NCBI GenBank assembly: GCA_949383255.1
Contig: CASJPF010000015.1
Span: 45 to 64,044 of the forward strand
DNA: 64,000 bases
Direction: 5' to 3'
From: Lachnospiraceae bacterium
GTDB lineage: Bacteria > Bacillota > Clostridia > Lachnospirales > Lachnospiraceae
The stretch's first letter is position 1; each line of letters opens with the position of its first letter. Below, one piece after another: positions 37,931 to 49,310 of this stretch. The notes beneath the pieces were generated by a model. That model was not told where the DNA came from and made no database searches. It saw nothing but the letters and a program-made list of their open reading frames with translations. The translations under genes were made by a program, and so were the position numbers.

Positions 37931-40555
37931 ATGGGACTTTATGATACGCTAAATGAACAACAGAAAAAGGGAGTTTTTACCACAGAAGGTCCTGTGCTAA
38001 TCCTTGCAGGTGCAGGCAGCGGAAAGACAAGCGTACTTACAAAACGGATTGCATATCTGATTGAAAATGTGGGAGTCAATCCGTGGAACATCTTGGCGAT
38101 TACGTTTACAAACAAGGCAGCAGGCGAGATGCGTGACAGAGTGAATGATATTGTAGGTTATGGTGCGGAGAGCATTTGGGTATCGACATTTCATTCCACT
38201 TGTGTGCGGATACTTAGAAGGCATATTAACAGCCTTGGCTTTGATAATAGCTTTACGATTTATGATGCAGATGATGCAAAGAGCGTTATGAAAGATGTGT
38301 GCAAAAAACTAGATATTGACACAAAAATGCTCAAGGAAAAGACGATTTTAAGTGCCATTTCCAACGCGAAAGATAATCTGATATCAACTACAGAATATGA
38401 ACTGTCAGCTGCAGGAGATTATTTTAAGAAAAGAATATCGGCGGCGTACACGGAGTATCAGCTAACTTTGAAAAAGAATAATGCCTTGGATTTTGATGAT
38501 TTAATTGGCAAGACAGTACAACTTTTTAAGAAGTGCCCGGATATTCTTGAAAATTATCAAAATCGTTTTCGATATATTATGGTTGATGAGTATCAAGATA
38601 CAAATACAGCACAGTTTGAGTTGATACGGCTTTTAGCACAACGAGATAGAAATCTGTGTGTTGTGGGAGATGATGACCAGTCTATCTATAAATTTCGAGG
38701 GGCAAATATTAAAAATATTCTTGATTTTGAAAAAATCTATCCAGATACAATAGTGATTAAACTAGAACAAAACTATCGTTCTACGCAAAATATCTTAGAT
38801 TCTGCAAATGCAGTGATTGGAAATAATATCAGAAGAAAATCCAAATCGCTTTGGACACAGAAAGATGCTGGGAATCAGGTGCATTTTAGAGCTTTTGACA
38901 ACGCTTATGAGGAGGCAGAATACATAGCATCTGATATTAAACGCAAAAAGAGAGAACTGGTGAGTGATTATAAGGAATGCGCAGTTCTTTATCGGACAAA
39001 TGCACAGTCACGTCTTTTGGAGGAAAGTTTTATCACACTCAATATTCCATACAATGTGGTGGGTGGTGTAAATTTTTATGCGCGTAAGGAAATTAAAGAT
39101 ATTTTGGCATATTTGAAGACGATTGATAATGGAAAAGATGATTTGGCAGTAAAACGCATTATCAATGTGCCAAGGCGCGGCATTGGTGCGGCAAGTATTA
39201 CAAAAGTACAGGAGTATGCAGACCAGAATAGATTGAGCTTTTTTGAAGCCTTGCTTCAGGTAGATGAGATACCAGTGTTGGGAAAAAGCAAAGCTGCGGA
39301 CAAACTTCGTGATTTTGCAACAATGATTCGTATGTTTCGGACAAAAATGCAGTTTGGCTCTTTGGAAGATTTAATAACTGATGTTATAGAAACAACAGGT
39401 TATGTGAGGGAATTAGAGGAATCCGATGAGGACGAAGCAAGGGATAGAATTGATAACATTGATGAATTGATTACCAAACTAGTAAGCTTTGAGATGGAAC
39501 GAGAAAATTTAGGGGAGGAGGCGACTCTTTCTGCATTTCTAGAAGAGGTAGCACTTGTTTCAGATATTGATACAGTGGCGAAAGATGACAATCGGGTATT
39601 GTTGATGACATTGCACAGTGCGAAGGGACTTGAGTTTTCTAATGTATATTTGTCAGGGCTAGAAGACGGAATCTTTCCGAGCTATATGGCAATTACTTCT
39701 GATGAACTTGAGGATATTGAGGAGGAGCGGCGTCTTGCCTACGTAGGGATCACGCGAGCAAAGGAGGATTTAACAATCACTTATGCAAAGGCTCGTATGA
39801 TTAAGGGGGAAAATCAGTACAATGCAGTTAGTCGTTTTGTAAGAGAAATACCAGATAAATTGCTTGACAGCAAAATTCCCGGGGTTAATCAATGGGATGT
39901 ACAAGATTATGATAATAGAAATTCATTTGAGGGGCAATTTTATTCTTTGAATAGAGGAAATGGGGGCGCAAAGCGGTTTGTAGAGCGCGAGGAATTAAGT
40001 GATACAGTGTTTGACAAACCCCGCAATAATTGGGAGGCAGCAGAACAAGTATTGAAGCCTTCGCGGCAACAGACAAATGTTGCCGCGAAGCGTGTAATTC
40101 GAGCAGGGGTCGGTGCAGATGTTACAAAAACTTCTGTAATTCGGACAGATGCACCACAATCGGATTCAACAAGGAGACCTGTGACAAAATTATCGACAGG
40201 ACAAAATATAGCAAAACCAATAGAGCAACACAATACTACATCGTCCACTGTAAAAAAGCATTTGTCAGAGATATTGGTTTCTCGTCCTAAAGCTGTTGTA
40301 AAGAAGAAGGAGACGCCTGCGGCAAACAAACCATATATTGCAAAATCGTTGGAAGGTCTTACCAAAGGGATGCCTATATTAGAGAATGGCAGTCTAGGAT
40401 ATGACATAGGAGATAGAGTGAGCCATGTTAAATATGGCGATGGCACTGTTCTCAATATTGTACAGGATATTAGAGATTTTAAAGTAACTGTGAATTTTGA
40501 CGCATATGGTAATAAAATTATGTACGCGGCATTTGCAAAATTACAAAAGATATAA
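37931..40555 (+). CDS. pcrA: PcrA/UvrD DNA helicase with extended linker before the C-terminal Tudor-like domain
   Basis: AGAGSGKT, VDEYQDTN, VGDDDQSIY, MTLHSAKGLEF, EERRLAYVGITRA; C-terminal GDRVSH.KYG.G.V. Confidence 0.94.
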   Translation: MGLYDTLNEQQKKGVFTTEGPVLILAGAGSGKTSVLTKRIAYLIENVGVNPWNILAITFTNKAAGEMRDRVNDIVGYGAESIWVSTFHSTCVRILRRHINSLGFDNSFTIYDADDAKSVMKDVCKKLDIDTKMLKEKTILSAISNAKDNLISTTEYELSAAGDYFKKRISAAYTEYQLTLKKNNALDFDDLIGKTVQLFKKCPDILENYQNRFRYIMVDEYQDTNTAQFELIRLLAQRDRNLCVVGDDDQSIYKFRGANIKNILDFEKIYPDTIVIKLEQNYRSTQNILDSANAVIGNNIRRKSKSLWTQKDAGNQVHFRAFDNAYEEAEYIASDIKRKKRELVSDYKECAVLYRTNAQSRLLEESFITLNIPYNVVGGVNFYARKEIKDILAYLKTIDNGKDDLAVKRIINVPRRGIGAASITKVQEYADQNRLSFFEALLQVDEIPVLGKSKAADKLRDFATMIRMFRTKMQFGSLEDLITDVIETTGYVRELEESDEDEARDRIDNIDELITKLVSFEMERENLGEEATLSAFLEEVALVSDIDTVAKDDNRVLLMTLHSAKGLEFSNVYLSGLEDGIFPSYMAITSDELEDIEEERRLAYVGITRAKEDLTITYAKARMIKGENQYNAVSRFVREIPDKLLDSKIPGVNQWDVQDYDNRNSFEGQFYSLNRGNGGAKRFVEREELSDTVFDKPRNNWEAAEQVLKPSRQQTNVAAKRVIRAGVGADVTKTSVIRTDAPQSDSTRRPVTKLSTGQNIAKPIEQHNTTSSTVKKHLSEILVSRPKAVVKKKETPAANKPYIAKSLEGLTKGMPILENGSLGYDIGDRVSHVKYGDGTVLNIVQDIRDFKVTVNFDAYGNKIMYAAFAKLQKI

Positions 40556-40920
40556 CAATAATTGGCATGAGCTTTTCATTACATCAATGAATGGTGTTAC
40601 TATTTGGATAAGATATCTGATATTGAAGTGATGTGAACAGGAAAAAGTAGTATTTTAATTTCTTGTTACAAGTATTAAACTACCTTGTGGTGTCAAAGCC
40701 ATAATGTTTTTTGCCACTACGCAATTTTATGTGGCTTGTGGAGCTATAATTTACAGTAAATGCGAAGCCTTAGTGCAATTTTTGACATGTCTTAGGTTGG
40801 GGTGCAACAAAAATCGAACAAATTCTGTGAAAATGGTAGTAAAATTTATAAAATAATGTTATGATATATACAACAGAGCTTTGCTGTGTGCAAAGTAAAA
40901 ACAGAAAGGAGCTTTTTGCA

Positions 40921-41244
40921 ATGAAAAAGTTGGATGAATTGGTAGATTATTTGCAGGATAAAAATTTGGTGAGTAATGACATCATAAGTAAATACTGCAC
41001 AAAGTGTGATCTCAAGAAGGACAATGAGAAGAAGGGAAACACAGTGCTATGGGTGTTGGCCATTATTGGTGCGGTAGCAGCAGTGGCAGCTATTGCATAT
41101 GCAGTATACCGTTATATGACACCAGATTATCTTGATGATTTCGATGATGAATTTGATGATGATTTTGAGGATGACTTCTTTGATGATGAGGAAGATGAGG
41201 AACAGGAACCTGCAAAGGAAAATGAGTACACAACTGTGAAATAG
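40921..41244 (+). CDS. Small single-TM protein with acidic tail (DUF4366-like)
   Basis: WVLAIIGAVAAVAAIAYAVYRY.TPDYLDDF followed by a D/E-rich tail; start placed at the ATG after AAGGAG. Confidence 0.7.
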   Translation: MKKLDELVDYLQDKNLVSNDIISKYCTKCDLKKDNEKKGNTVLWVLAIIGAVAAVAAIAYAVYRYMTPDYLDDFDDEFDDDFEDDFFDDEEDEEQEPAKENEYTTVK

Positions 41245-41255
41245 TGTCGCGAAGT

Positions 41256-41286
41256 AATAGGGTGCTGATGATACAGCACCCTATTA
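41256..41286 (+). terminator. Hairpin terminator
   Basis: TAATAGGGTGCTG / CAGCACCCTATTA. Confidence 0.65.
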
Positions 41287-41571
41287 AAGTTCTGGAGCGT
41301 GTTGAAAAATGATTTCTGTCAAATGTACGTCGGAGTTTGTAAAAGATGAAATCATCTTACAGATGAGAAGGAGTTGTACAACTGCGTCTATTGAATTTGG
41401 CGCAAATATTGTGCAAAGTAGTGAATATAATATTTTGCCGTTATTGTATATATAGATGGCAGGAATAATTTTTGATTGTACTATTTATCTGTTTTTAAGG
41501 AATTATGATTAAATTTCAATAATACGATTTGGATAGTTCGCTGTACAACATAGAATAATGAAATTGAATCA

Positions 41572-43005
41572 ATGGAGGAGCGCATGAAAAAGGGGCAGAT
41601 CTGCGAAGGATATGTACAACGTGTTGATTTTCCCAATAAGGGAGTTATCTTATATGAAGATAAACCAGTTTTTGTTAAAAATATATTGCCGGGTCAAAAG
41701 ATTTCATTTATAATCAGCAAAAAGCGTAAAGGGAAGGTTGAGGGAAAACTGCTGGAAGTGATTGAGAAAGCACCTTATGAATTGACAGAAGTCTGCCCAC
41801 ATTTTGGAGTGTGCGGAGGATGCAATTACCAGAGTGTTCCTTACGAGAAGCAGCTTGAAATAAAAGAAAGCCAAGTGAAGAGTCTTTTAAAACCTGTTTT
41901 TGAAAAACAGATGTTATTGGAAGGAATACAAAAGGAATCTGATCAATATATAAATGAAATTTTTGAAGGAATCAAGGCAAGTCCAATTCAATATCAATAT
42001 AGAAATAAGATGGAATTTTCTTTCGGGGATGAATATAAGGATGGTCCACTTGCATTAGGAATGCATAAGCGTGGGAGTTTTTATGATGTTGTTTCTGTGT
42101 TAAATTGCCAAATTGTGGATGAGGACTACAGAACAGTACTGGTTTGTGTGCTAAATTATTTTACACAAAGAAACAGTAGTTATTTTCATAGAATTCGTCA
42201 TGAAGGGTATCTGAGACATTTGCTTGTTAGAAAAGCACAGAAAACAGGGGAAATATTGATTGCATTGGTGACAACGACACAGGAGACACAAGATTTACAA
42301 CCATTAGTATCACAATTGTTAACATTGCGTTTAAAAGGAAAAATAACAGGTGTACTTCACACAAAAAATGATTCGTTAGCAGATGTTGTGCAGAGTGATG
42401 AGACGACTATTTTATATGGACGGGATTACTTTTATGAGGAATTGTTGGGACTACGATTTAAAATTTCTCAATTTTCTTTTTTTCAAACAAATACATTGGG
42501 AGCAGAAGTTTTATATAAAACAGCAAGAGATTTTCTGGGGGATATATCCGATGAAGGAAAGCGCGATAAAACGGTATTTGATTTATATTGTGGAACTGGA
42601 ACCATCGCTCAGCTTTTAGCGCCTATAACAAAAAAGGTTGTTGGAGTGGAGATTGTAGAGGAGGCTGTCTTAGCGGCGCGGCAGAATGCAAAATTAAACG
42701 GTTTAGATAACTGTGAGTTTATTGTGGGTGATGTGCTCAAAGTAATTGATAATATTGGTGAAAAGCCAGACTTTATCGTGCTAGATCCGCCGCGTGATGG
42801 GATACATCCTAAGGCGCTTCAAAAGATTATTGATTTTCGGGTGGACAGGCTTGTGTATATAAGCTGTAAGCCGACAAGTCTCGCAAGGGATCTAGAAGTG
42901 CTGCTGGATTGTGGGTATAGAGTGAAGAGGGCGGTTGCGATCGATCAGTTCCCGGGAACAACACATGTGGAGACTATAGTGGAACTACAAAGGCAAGATA
43001 CGTAG
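41572..43005 (+). CDS. rlmD: 23S rRNA m5U1939 methyltransferase
   Basis: TRAM domain, CPHFGVCGGC, SFFQTN, DLYCGTG, LDPPR.G, YISC.P, DQFP.T.HVE. Confidence 0.93.
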   Translation: MEERMKKGQICEGYVQRVDFPNKGVILYEDKPVFVKNILPGQKISFIISKKRKGKVEGKLLEVIEKAPYELTEVCPHFGVCGGCNYQSVPYEKQLEIKESQVKSLLKPVFEKQMLLEGIQKESDQYINEIFEGIKASPIQYQYRNKMEFSFGDEYKDGPLALGMHKRGSFYDVVSVLNCQIVDEDYRTVLVCVLNYFTQRNSSYFHRIRHEGYLRHLLVRKAQKTGEILIALVTTTQETQDLQPLVSQLLTLRLKGKITGVLHTKNDSLADVVQSDETTILYGRDYFYEELLGLRFKISQFSFFQTNTLGAEVLYKTARDFLGDISDEGKRDKTVFDLYCGTGTIAQLLAPITKKVVGVEIVEEAVLAARQNAKLNGLDNCEFIVGDVLKVIDNIGEKPDFIVLDPPRDGIHPKALQKIIDFRVDRLVYISCKPTSLARDLEVLLDCGYRVKRAVAIDQFPGTTHVETIVELQRQDT

Positions 43006-43271
43006 AAGTCCTTGAGTTTACGTACTTTGTAACCATGTTTGAATTTGGCGGAGACGGTCATTTTCGGGATGAAAAACACCTCATTCAGAAAATTAACTGC
43101 TCTGTGGTACTTGACCTCGGTTGTGGGAACACGAAAGAGGGCTTATATACAATTGAAGATAAAGAACTGTAAACAGTTCTTGCAAAAGGCGGAAGCTGAT
43201 TGGAACATAAGGGCATTTCCAGTAGGAAGTGTCCTTTTATTATTTAAAAATTCAAACAAGGAGGTTCAGGC

Positions 43272-43452
43272 ATGAACAACACAGCGTTAAGGGCAGGGGC
43301 GCAGAGCGCCAACAACACACATGGTTTTTGCAAACGGGGAACACGAGAAATTTTATTTTGAGAAACTGGAACAGGCGAGGATAATGTGACCGTTGGTAAG
43401 ATGGACAGCTACCACAAGGCATTGATTTACATTTTCGGTATTTCAAAGGACA
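43272..43452 (+). pseudogene. DUF6075-like ICE accessory gene remnant
   Basis: Across frameshifts: MNNTALRA.../MVFANGEHEKFYFEKLEQAR.../DSYHKALIYIFGISKD; cut by the IS110 remnant. Confidence 0.6.
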
Positions 43453-44345
43453 ATTCATAATAAGGCTTAATGCGGACATAGAGCTCCACTTCTGTCCGCG
43501 TGATCATTTCCTCAAGGTAACTCAAATGGTCGCGTGCAAGTTTCAGCTTTTTAGGCTGATCGGTTTCAATGTTATAACCTTTGATTGCTCCAATGATTTT
43601 ATCTGATGTGGCTTTTGTTCCCTTTTTGATTAGTTTGCGTACAGCCTTTTCATCAATGGTATCTGACGTGTGTTCCAGCAGATAGGACATGATTTGAGTC
43701 GCTGCTTTACAAAAAGAGCCTTTCAGGACACTTGCAATGCCAATGTTGAAAACTGTCATATAGTTTTGGATGTGGTTTTTCTCAGAAGATTTCATATCAA
43801 CCAGCTTAAAACGGTATCTGGCAAGTTTGCGGAGCTGTCGGAAATCTTTTGGAGGAATAAAGGAACATCTGACCAAATTGAATTTGTAGAGACCAGCAAT
43901 CCATTTGGAATCCTTTTTGTCTGTTTTCTTACCCTTGACGTATTTAGGATGTGTCAGGCATACATCAATATCGGTTTCAAGGTAATTAAAAATAGGAATC
44001 CAGTACTTGCCAGTGGATTCCATACAGACACGATAACAATAATTCTCGATAAGCCAGTTGTAAAATTTTTGAATATCAGAGTTTATGATGGAAAAAGATT
44101 TTTGGATATATTCAGATATTTCGTTCTTATCAGTAGTTACGATGGTTGCAACGATAACATTATTGTGGACGTCAAGTCCACAGCAGATGGAGTATTTTAG
44201 CTTCATCATAAGGACCATCACCTTAAAAGGGATAGCAACATTGACTGTCATCCTGCGACTAAATAAATAGGGTTTATACCAATGATAAGGGTTCGGACTC
44301 AAAGCTCCACCTGTTTGTGCTTGAAAGGAGCACGGCACTGGAACA
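43453..44345 (-). mobile_element. Truncated IS110-family element (RuvC-like DEDD half plus upstream non-coding end)
   Basis: ICCGLDVH, CMESTGKYW.P, GKKTDKKDS.WIA, R.L.RYR. Coding starts near 44209; the C-terminal Tnp domain is missing. Confidence 0.85.
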
Positions 44346-44559
44346 GATCGTGAATCTTAAAAAAATAAAAAAGGTAAAATTTGGGGTCATAAAATCATTC
44401 ATGCGTATGTCCTAAGAAGATAAAAGAGAAGCTTGAAAGATAGTGAAAAAATTGTTAAAATATTGATGAGAAAGAACAGGCAGACAGTTTTCTTTGCCTG
44501 TTTTTCAGTATGTTATGATAAATAAGGTTGTATAAAATACAGAAAGATGAGGTTAATAT

Positions 44560-47205
44560 ATGGCTGGAATGACACCGATGATGCAACAGTATTTGGAGAC
44601 AAAGAAGCAGTATGCAGACTGTATTCTTTTCTACAGACTCGGTGATTTTTATGAAATGTTTTTTGAGGACGCAAAGCTTGTCTCAAAGGAGTTGGAGCTG
44701 ACCTTGACCGGAAAGGACTGCGGAATGGAAGAGCGAGCACCTATGTGTGGAGTTCCCTATCACGCAGTAGATGGCTATTTGAGCAGGTTGGTATCAAAAG
44801 GATACAAAGTTGCTATCTGTGAGCAGGTAGAAGACCCAAAACTTGCAAAGGGATTGGTAAAGCGTGAGGTTGTCCGTATTGTCACTCCGGGTACAAACTT
44901 GAATGCGCAGACACTTGAGGAATCAAAAAACAATTATATTATGTGTATTGCACAATTTCCAAATAAAATTGGAATTTCTGTGGCAGATGTGACAACAGGT
45001 GACTTTTATATGACAGAGGTTGAGGATCTTTCCAAGCTTACTGATGAACTTTATAAATATATGCCAACAGAAATTATTTGTAATGATGCACTGATGATGA
45101 GTGGAATCGATATAGATGACTTAAAGAACCGCTTGAAGATTGTGGTCTATCCGTTGGAACCGTGGTATTTTGATGAGGATGGATGTCGGAAATGCTTGAT
45201 GGAGCATTTTAAAGTCAATACGCTCACTGGACTTGGATTGGAAGATTTTCCATCAGGTTTGATTGCCTGTGGTGTGCTGATGCAATATTTGTTGGAGACA
45301 CAGAAAACGCAGCTTACACATATCACACACATTACCCCTTATTTGGCAAGCCGTTATATGCTGCTTGACAGCTCAACAAGGCGGAATTTGGAACTGACAG
45401 AGACACTGCGGGAAAAACAGAAACGAGGTTCTCTTTTATGGGTGCTTGACAAGACAAAGACAGCGATGGGCGCAAGACAGTTGCGCACTGATATAGAACA
45501 GCCACTGGTCAGTAAAAATGATATAAATGACAGGCTTGACACAATTGAACAACTCTGTAAAGATACCGTGTCGCGAGATGAGATTAGAGAATATTTGAAT
45601 CCAATCTATGACATGGAGCGTCTGCTTGGTCGTATTAGCTATAAATCAGCAAATCCAAGGGATTTGATATCCTTTGCAAACTCTATGGAGATGCTTCCCC
45701 ATATCAAAACAGTTTTGAAAGGCTTTGATGCAAAACTGTTAAGAGAGATTGACGAGCAGATTGATGCTCTTGAGGATTTATATGAGTTAATTAAAAATTC
45801 AATTTGTGAGGACCCACCCATACTGATTCGTGAGGGAGGAATTATCAGAGAAGGGTTTGACACGGATATTGACCATTTGCGCAAAGCAAAGACAGATGGG
45901 AAGAATTGGCTTGCTCAGCTTGAGGAGGAGGACCGGGAGCGGACTGGTATTAAAAATCTTCGGATAAAATACAACAAGGTATTTGGCTATTATTTTGAAG
46001 TGAGCAATTCTTATAAAAATCAAGTGCCTAGCGATTATGTGCGCAAACAGACGCTTGTCAATGCAGAGCGATATACAACAGCAAAGTTGAAAGAGCTTGA
46101 GGATACGATTTTAAATGCGGAGGACAAGCTCAACGTGTTGGAATATGATATGTTTTGCAAAATACGCGACAATCTTGCAATGCATTTGGAGCGTGTACAA
46201 AAGACAGCAAAAGCAGTGGCGAGACTGGATGTGTTTGCATCGCTTTCTGTTGTGGCAGAACAAAATCACTATGTCAGACCGACATTAAATGATAAGGGAT
46301 TGATTGATATCAAAGAAGGAAGACACCCTGTTGTGGAAAAGATGATTGACCATGATATGTTTGTGTCAAATGATACTTTTTTAGATAACAATAACCATTG
46401 TATAGCGGTTATTACGGGTCCTAATATGGCGGGAAAATCGACTTATATGCGCCAGTCTGCACTGATTGTATTAATGGCACAGCTTGGCAGTTTTGTGCCA
46501 GCAAAGAGTGCGAATATTGGTATTGTTGACAGAATTTTCACAAGGGTAGGTGCATCGGATGACCTTGCGAGTGGGCAGAGTACTTTTATGGTGGAGATGA
46601 ATGAAGTTGCAAACATTCTACGCAATGCCACATCGAAAAGTCTGTTAGTGCTCGATGAGATTGGACGCGGTACTTCTACGTTTGATGGGTTGAGTATTGC
46701 CTGGGCAGTGATTGAGCATATCAGCAACAAAAAAATACTTGGCGCTAAAACATTGTTTGCGACACATTATCATGAGCTTACAGAGTTAGAAGGAAAGATG
46801 AACAATGTCATCAACTATTGTATTGCGGTAAAAGAAAAAGGCGATGATATTATCTTTTTAAGAAAGATAGTCAAAGGAGGAGCAGACAGAAGTTATGGCA
46901 TTCAAGTGGCAAAACTTGCAGGAGTGCCAGATATGGTAATTGACCGTGCCAAGGAGATTGTGGAGCAGTTGAGCGACAATGATATCACGGAAAAGGTGCA
47001 GTGTATTGCGGTCGATATCAAAGGGGAAAAGAAGCGGTCTAAGCATTATGATGATGTGGATTTGGGACAGATATCTTTGATTGACACAGTAAAGGATGAG
47101 GATATTTTAAATGAATTGAAGGAAATTAACATCTCGAATCTGACACCACTTGATGCGCTGAACACATTGTACCGACTACAAAATAAGTTGAAAAATCGTT
47201 GGTGA
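44560..47205 (+). CDS. mutS: DNA mismatch repair protein MutS
   Basis: TPMMQQY, GDFYEMF, ITGPNMAGKSTY, DEIGRGTST, FATHYHEL. Confidence 0.97.
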   Translation: MAGMTPMMQQYLETKKQYADCILFYRLGDFYEMFFEDAKLVSKELELTLTGKDCGMEERAPMCGVPYHAVDGYLSRLVSKGYKVAICEQVEDPKLAKGLVKREVVRIVTPGTNLNAQTLEESKNNYIMCIAQFPNKIGISVADVTTGDFYMTEVEDLSKLTDELYKYMPTEIICNDALMMSGIDIDDLKNRLKIVVYPLEPWYFDEDGCRKCLMEHFKVNTLTGLGLEDFPSGLIACGVLMQYLLETQKTQLTHITHITPYLASRYMLLDSSTRRNLELTETLREKQKRGSLLWVLDKTKTAMGARQLRTDIEQPLVSKNDINDRLDTIEQLCKDTVSRDEIREYLNPIYDMERLLGRISYKSANPRDLISFANSMEMLPHIKTVLKGFDAKLLREIDEQIDALEDLYELIKNSICEDPPILIREGGIIREGFDTDIDHLRKAKTDGKNWLAQLEEEDRERTGIKNLRIKYNKVFGYYFEVSNSYKNQVPSDYVRKQTLVNAERYTTAKLKELEDTILNAEDKLNVLEYDMFCKIRDNLAMHLERVQKTAKAVARLDVFASLSVVAEQNHYVRPTLNDKGLIDIKEGRHPVVEKMIDHDMFVSNDTFLDNNNHCIAVITGPNMAGKSTYMRQSALIVLMAQLGSFVPAKSANIGIVDRIFTRVGASDDLASGQSTFMVEMNEVANILRNATSKSLLVLDEIGRGTSTFDGLSIAWAVIEHISNKKILGAKTLFATHYHELTELEGKMNNVINYCIAVKEKGDDIIFLRKIVKGGADRSYGIQVAKLAGVPDMVIDRAKEIVEQLSDNDITEKVQCIAVDIKGEKKRSKHYDDVDLGQISLIDTVKDEDILNELKEINISNLTPLDALNTLYRLQNKLKNRW

Positions 47206-47236
47206 AGACTATTGTAGAGGAAAGGAAAGAGGAGAC

Positions 47237-49243
47237 ATGGCAGAGATACATGTGCTGGATGATGCGACAATAGACAAGATTGCGGCAGGCGAGGTGGTGG
47301 AGCGGCCAGCCAGTGTAGTCAAGGAATTAGTGGAAAACGCTATGGATGCAGGTGCAACTGCAATAACAGTTGAAATTAAAGATGGCGGAATTGAATTCAT
47401 CCGTGTGACAGACAATGGCTCAGGTATTGAACAGAACCAGTTACGAAATGCCTTTCTGCGTCATGCCACAAGTAAAATCAATTCTGTTGTTGATTTGATG
47501 TGTCTGCACAGTATGGGATTTCGCGGAGAGGCGCTTTCAAGTATTGCGGCGGTGGCAAAAGTTGAAATTGTCACTAAGACAAAGGAGGATATGACTGGAA
47601 CGCGCCTATGTCTGGAAGGTGCGAAAGAGACTTCATTTGAGGAGGTTGGCGCCCCTGATGGCACCACTTTTATTGTGCGTAACCTGTTTTTTAATACGCC
47701 TGTACGGCGCAAATTTCTAAAGACAGCAATGACAGAGGCGAGTTATATTACAGACTTGCTTGAGCACATGGCATTGTCAAGACCAGAGATTTCATTTAAG
47801 TATGTCATAAATAATCAAACAAAATTTTACACGAACGGCGATGGAGATATGAAGGCGATTATCTATCGCATTTTTGGTCGGGATATTGCCAATGAAATGT
47901 TAGAATTTCAAGCGGTTGATGAGGAGATTGTACTGGAAGGATTTTTGGGAAAACCAACACTAAATCGCGCAAACAGAAATTTTGAAAACTATTTTGTCAA
48001 CAGGAGATATATAAAAAGTAAAATAATTTCCAAGGCGATTGAGGAGGGGTATCAGTCCTATATGATGCAGCACCGGTATCCATTTTGCGTGATACATATT
48101 ACTGTGCCGCCAGAAAGTGTGGATGTCAATGTTCACCCGACAAAGATGGAAGTGCGCTTTTCTAATCAGAATAGTCTCTACAGGTTAATTGCTGAAAATA
48201 TTACTGATTTTTTGTCCCAGCAGGAGATGATTCCCGATGCAGTTCTTGGACCAGAAAAAAAAGAAAAGAAGGATAAAAAAGCAATAAAAATAGATGTGCC
48301 AGAACCTTTTGAGAAGGAGCGCCGCCTTGCAGAGCAAATATCAAATGCAGATGAAAAGCAGACTCTCAATATACTAAAACAGGAGAGCCAATACAATTTA
48401 TCTTCTTCTGATGGCAGTTCTAATAAGGAAACACAGGAAATATCTGGAACGGTTTCCAAGGATTATTTTTTTGTGGATAACAGAGGAAAAGATGCAAAGA
48501 TTAATCAAATGAACCAGAATGTGTTGACGGGAAAAATATTAGGTACGCCATCCAAGGAAGCAGATACTAGAAATCTTGGAGTGATTAAGAGTAAAGACCA
48601 TATCCTTGTGGAGAAGCCAGAACAACTAAATTTCTTTGACGAGAAAATACTTACCAAAGAGGCAAGACAAGAGTATAAAATTGTAGGGCAGGTATTTGAT
48701 ACATATTGGATTATTGAGTATCGTGATAAGATGCTTATGATTGACCAGCACGCAGCACATGAGAAGGTAAAATATGAGCAAATATTGACTAAGGCAGAAC
48801 ACAATGAGATTTATACACAAATGTTGACTCCGCCAGTTGTTATTAGCGTCACGCCCAAAGAGGCTGCATTAATGGATAGTTATGCACAGTATTTTAAGGA
48901 ACTTGGGTTTGAAATTGAGGATTTTGGAATGAATGCATTTGCAATTAGAGGTGTGCCAATTGACTTATTTGGTCATAATATAAAAGAACTTTTTGAGGAA
49001 GTACTGACTCAGATGTCTGAGAGCCCGGTGCGTGGCGTACCTCAGACTATACGGGAAAAAATTGCTTCTATGGCATGTAAGGCGGCTGTGAAGGGAAATC
49101 ATTCACTGACTTATGAGGAAGCGGACAAATTGATTGAACAGTTGCTAGAATTGGAGAATCCTTATAATTGTCCACACGGTAGACCAACAATTATTTCCAT
49201 GTCAAAGTATGAGATAGAAAAAAAATTTAAAAGGATCGTGTGA
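47237..49243 (+). CDS. mutL: DNA mismatch repair protein MutL
   Basis: IAAGEVVERPASVVKELVEN, GFRGEAL, DQHAAHE, CPHGRP. Confidence 0.97.
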   Translation: MAEIHVLDDATIDKIAAGEVVERPASVVKELVENAMDAGATAITVEIKDGGIEFIRVTDNGSGIEQNQLRNAFLRHATSKINSVVDLMCLHSMGFRGEALSSIAAVAKVEIVTKTKEDMTGTRLCLEGAKETSFEEVGAPDGTTFIVRNLFFNTPVRRKFLKTAMTEASYITDLLEHMALSRPEISFKYVINNQTKFYTNGDGDMKAIIYRIFGRDIANEMLEFQAVDEEIVLEGFLGKPTLNRANRNFENYFVNRRYIKSKIISKAIEEGYQSYMMQHRYPFCVIHITVPPESVDVNVHPTKMEVRFSNQNSLYRLIAENITDFLSQQEMIPDAVLGPEKKEKKDKKAIKIDVPEPFEKERRLAEQISNADEKQTLNILKQESQYNLSSSDGSSNKETQEISGTVSKDYFFVDNRGKDAKINQMNQNVLTGKILGTPSKEADTRNLGVIKSKDHILVEKPEQLNFFDEKILTKEARQEYKIVGQVFDTYWIIEYRDKMLMIDQHAAHEKVKYEQILTKAEHNEIYTQMLTPPVVISVTPKEAALMDSYAQYFKELGFEIEDFGMNAFAIRGVPIDLFGHNIKELFEEVLTQMSESPVRGVPQTIREKIASMACKAAVKGNHSLTYEEADKLIEQLLELENPYNCPHGRPTIISMSKYEIEKKFKRIV

Positions 49244-49310
49244 AGTCAGAGATTTGACCAGTTTGATTTGAGTATCTGCTAAGGCGGGCGAAAGGGAGTT
49301 AGAGTAAGAG

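Noticed and set aside
41130-41205. GAT/GAN-rich tandem repeat
   Set aside because: It simply encodes the acidic tail of the DUF4366-like protein.
43427-44338. 303-aa ORF as an intact IS110 recombinase
   Set aside because: The N-terminal extension is read-through of the non-coding end, the C-terminal catalytic domain is missing, and the last codons come from the DUF6075 remnant.
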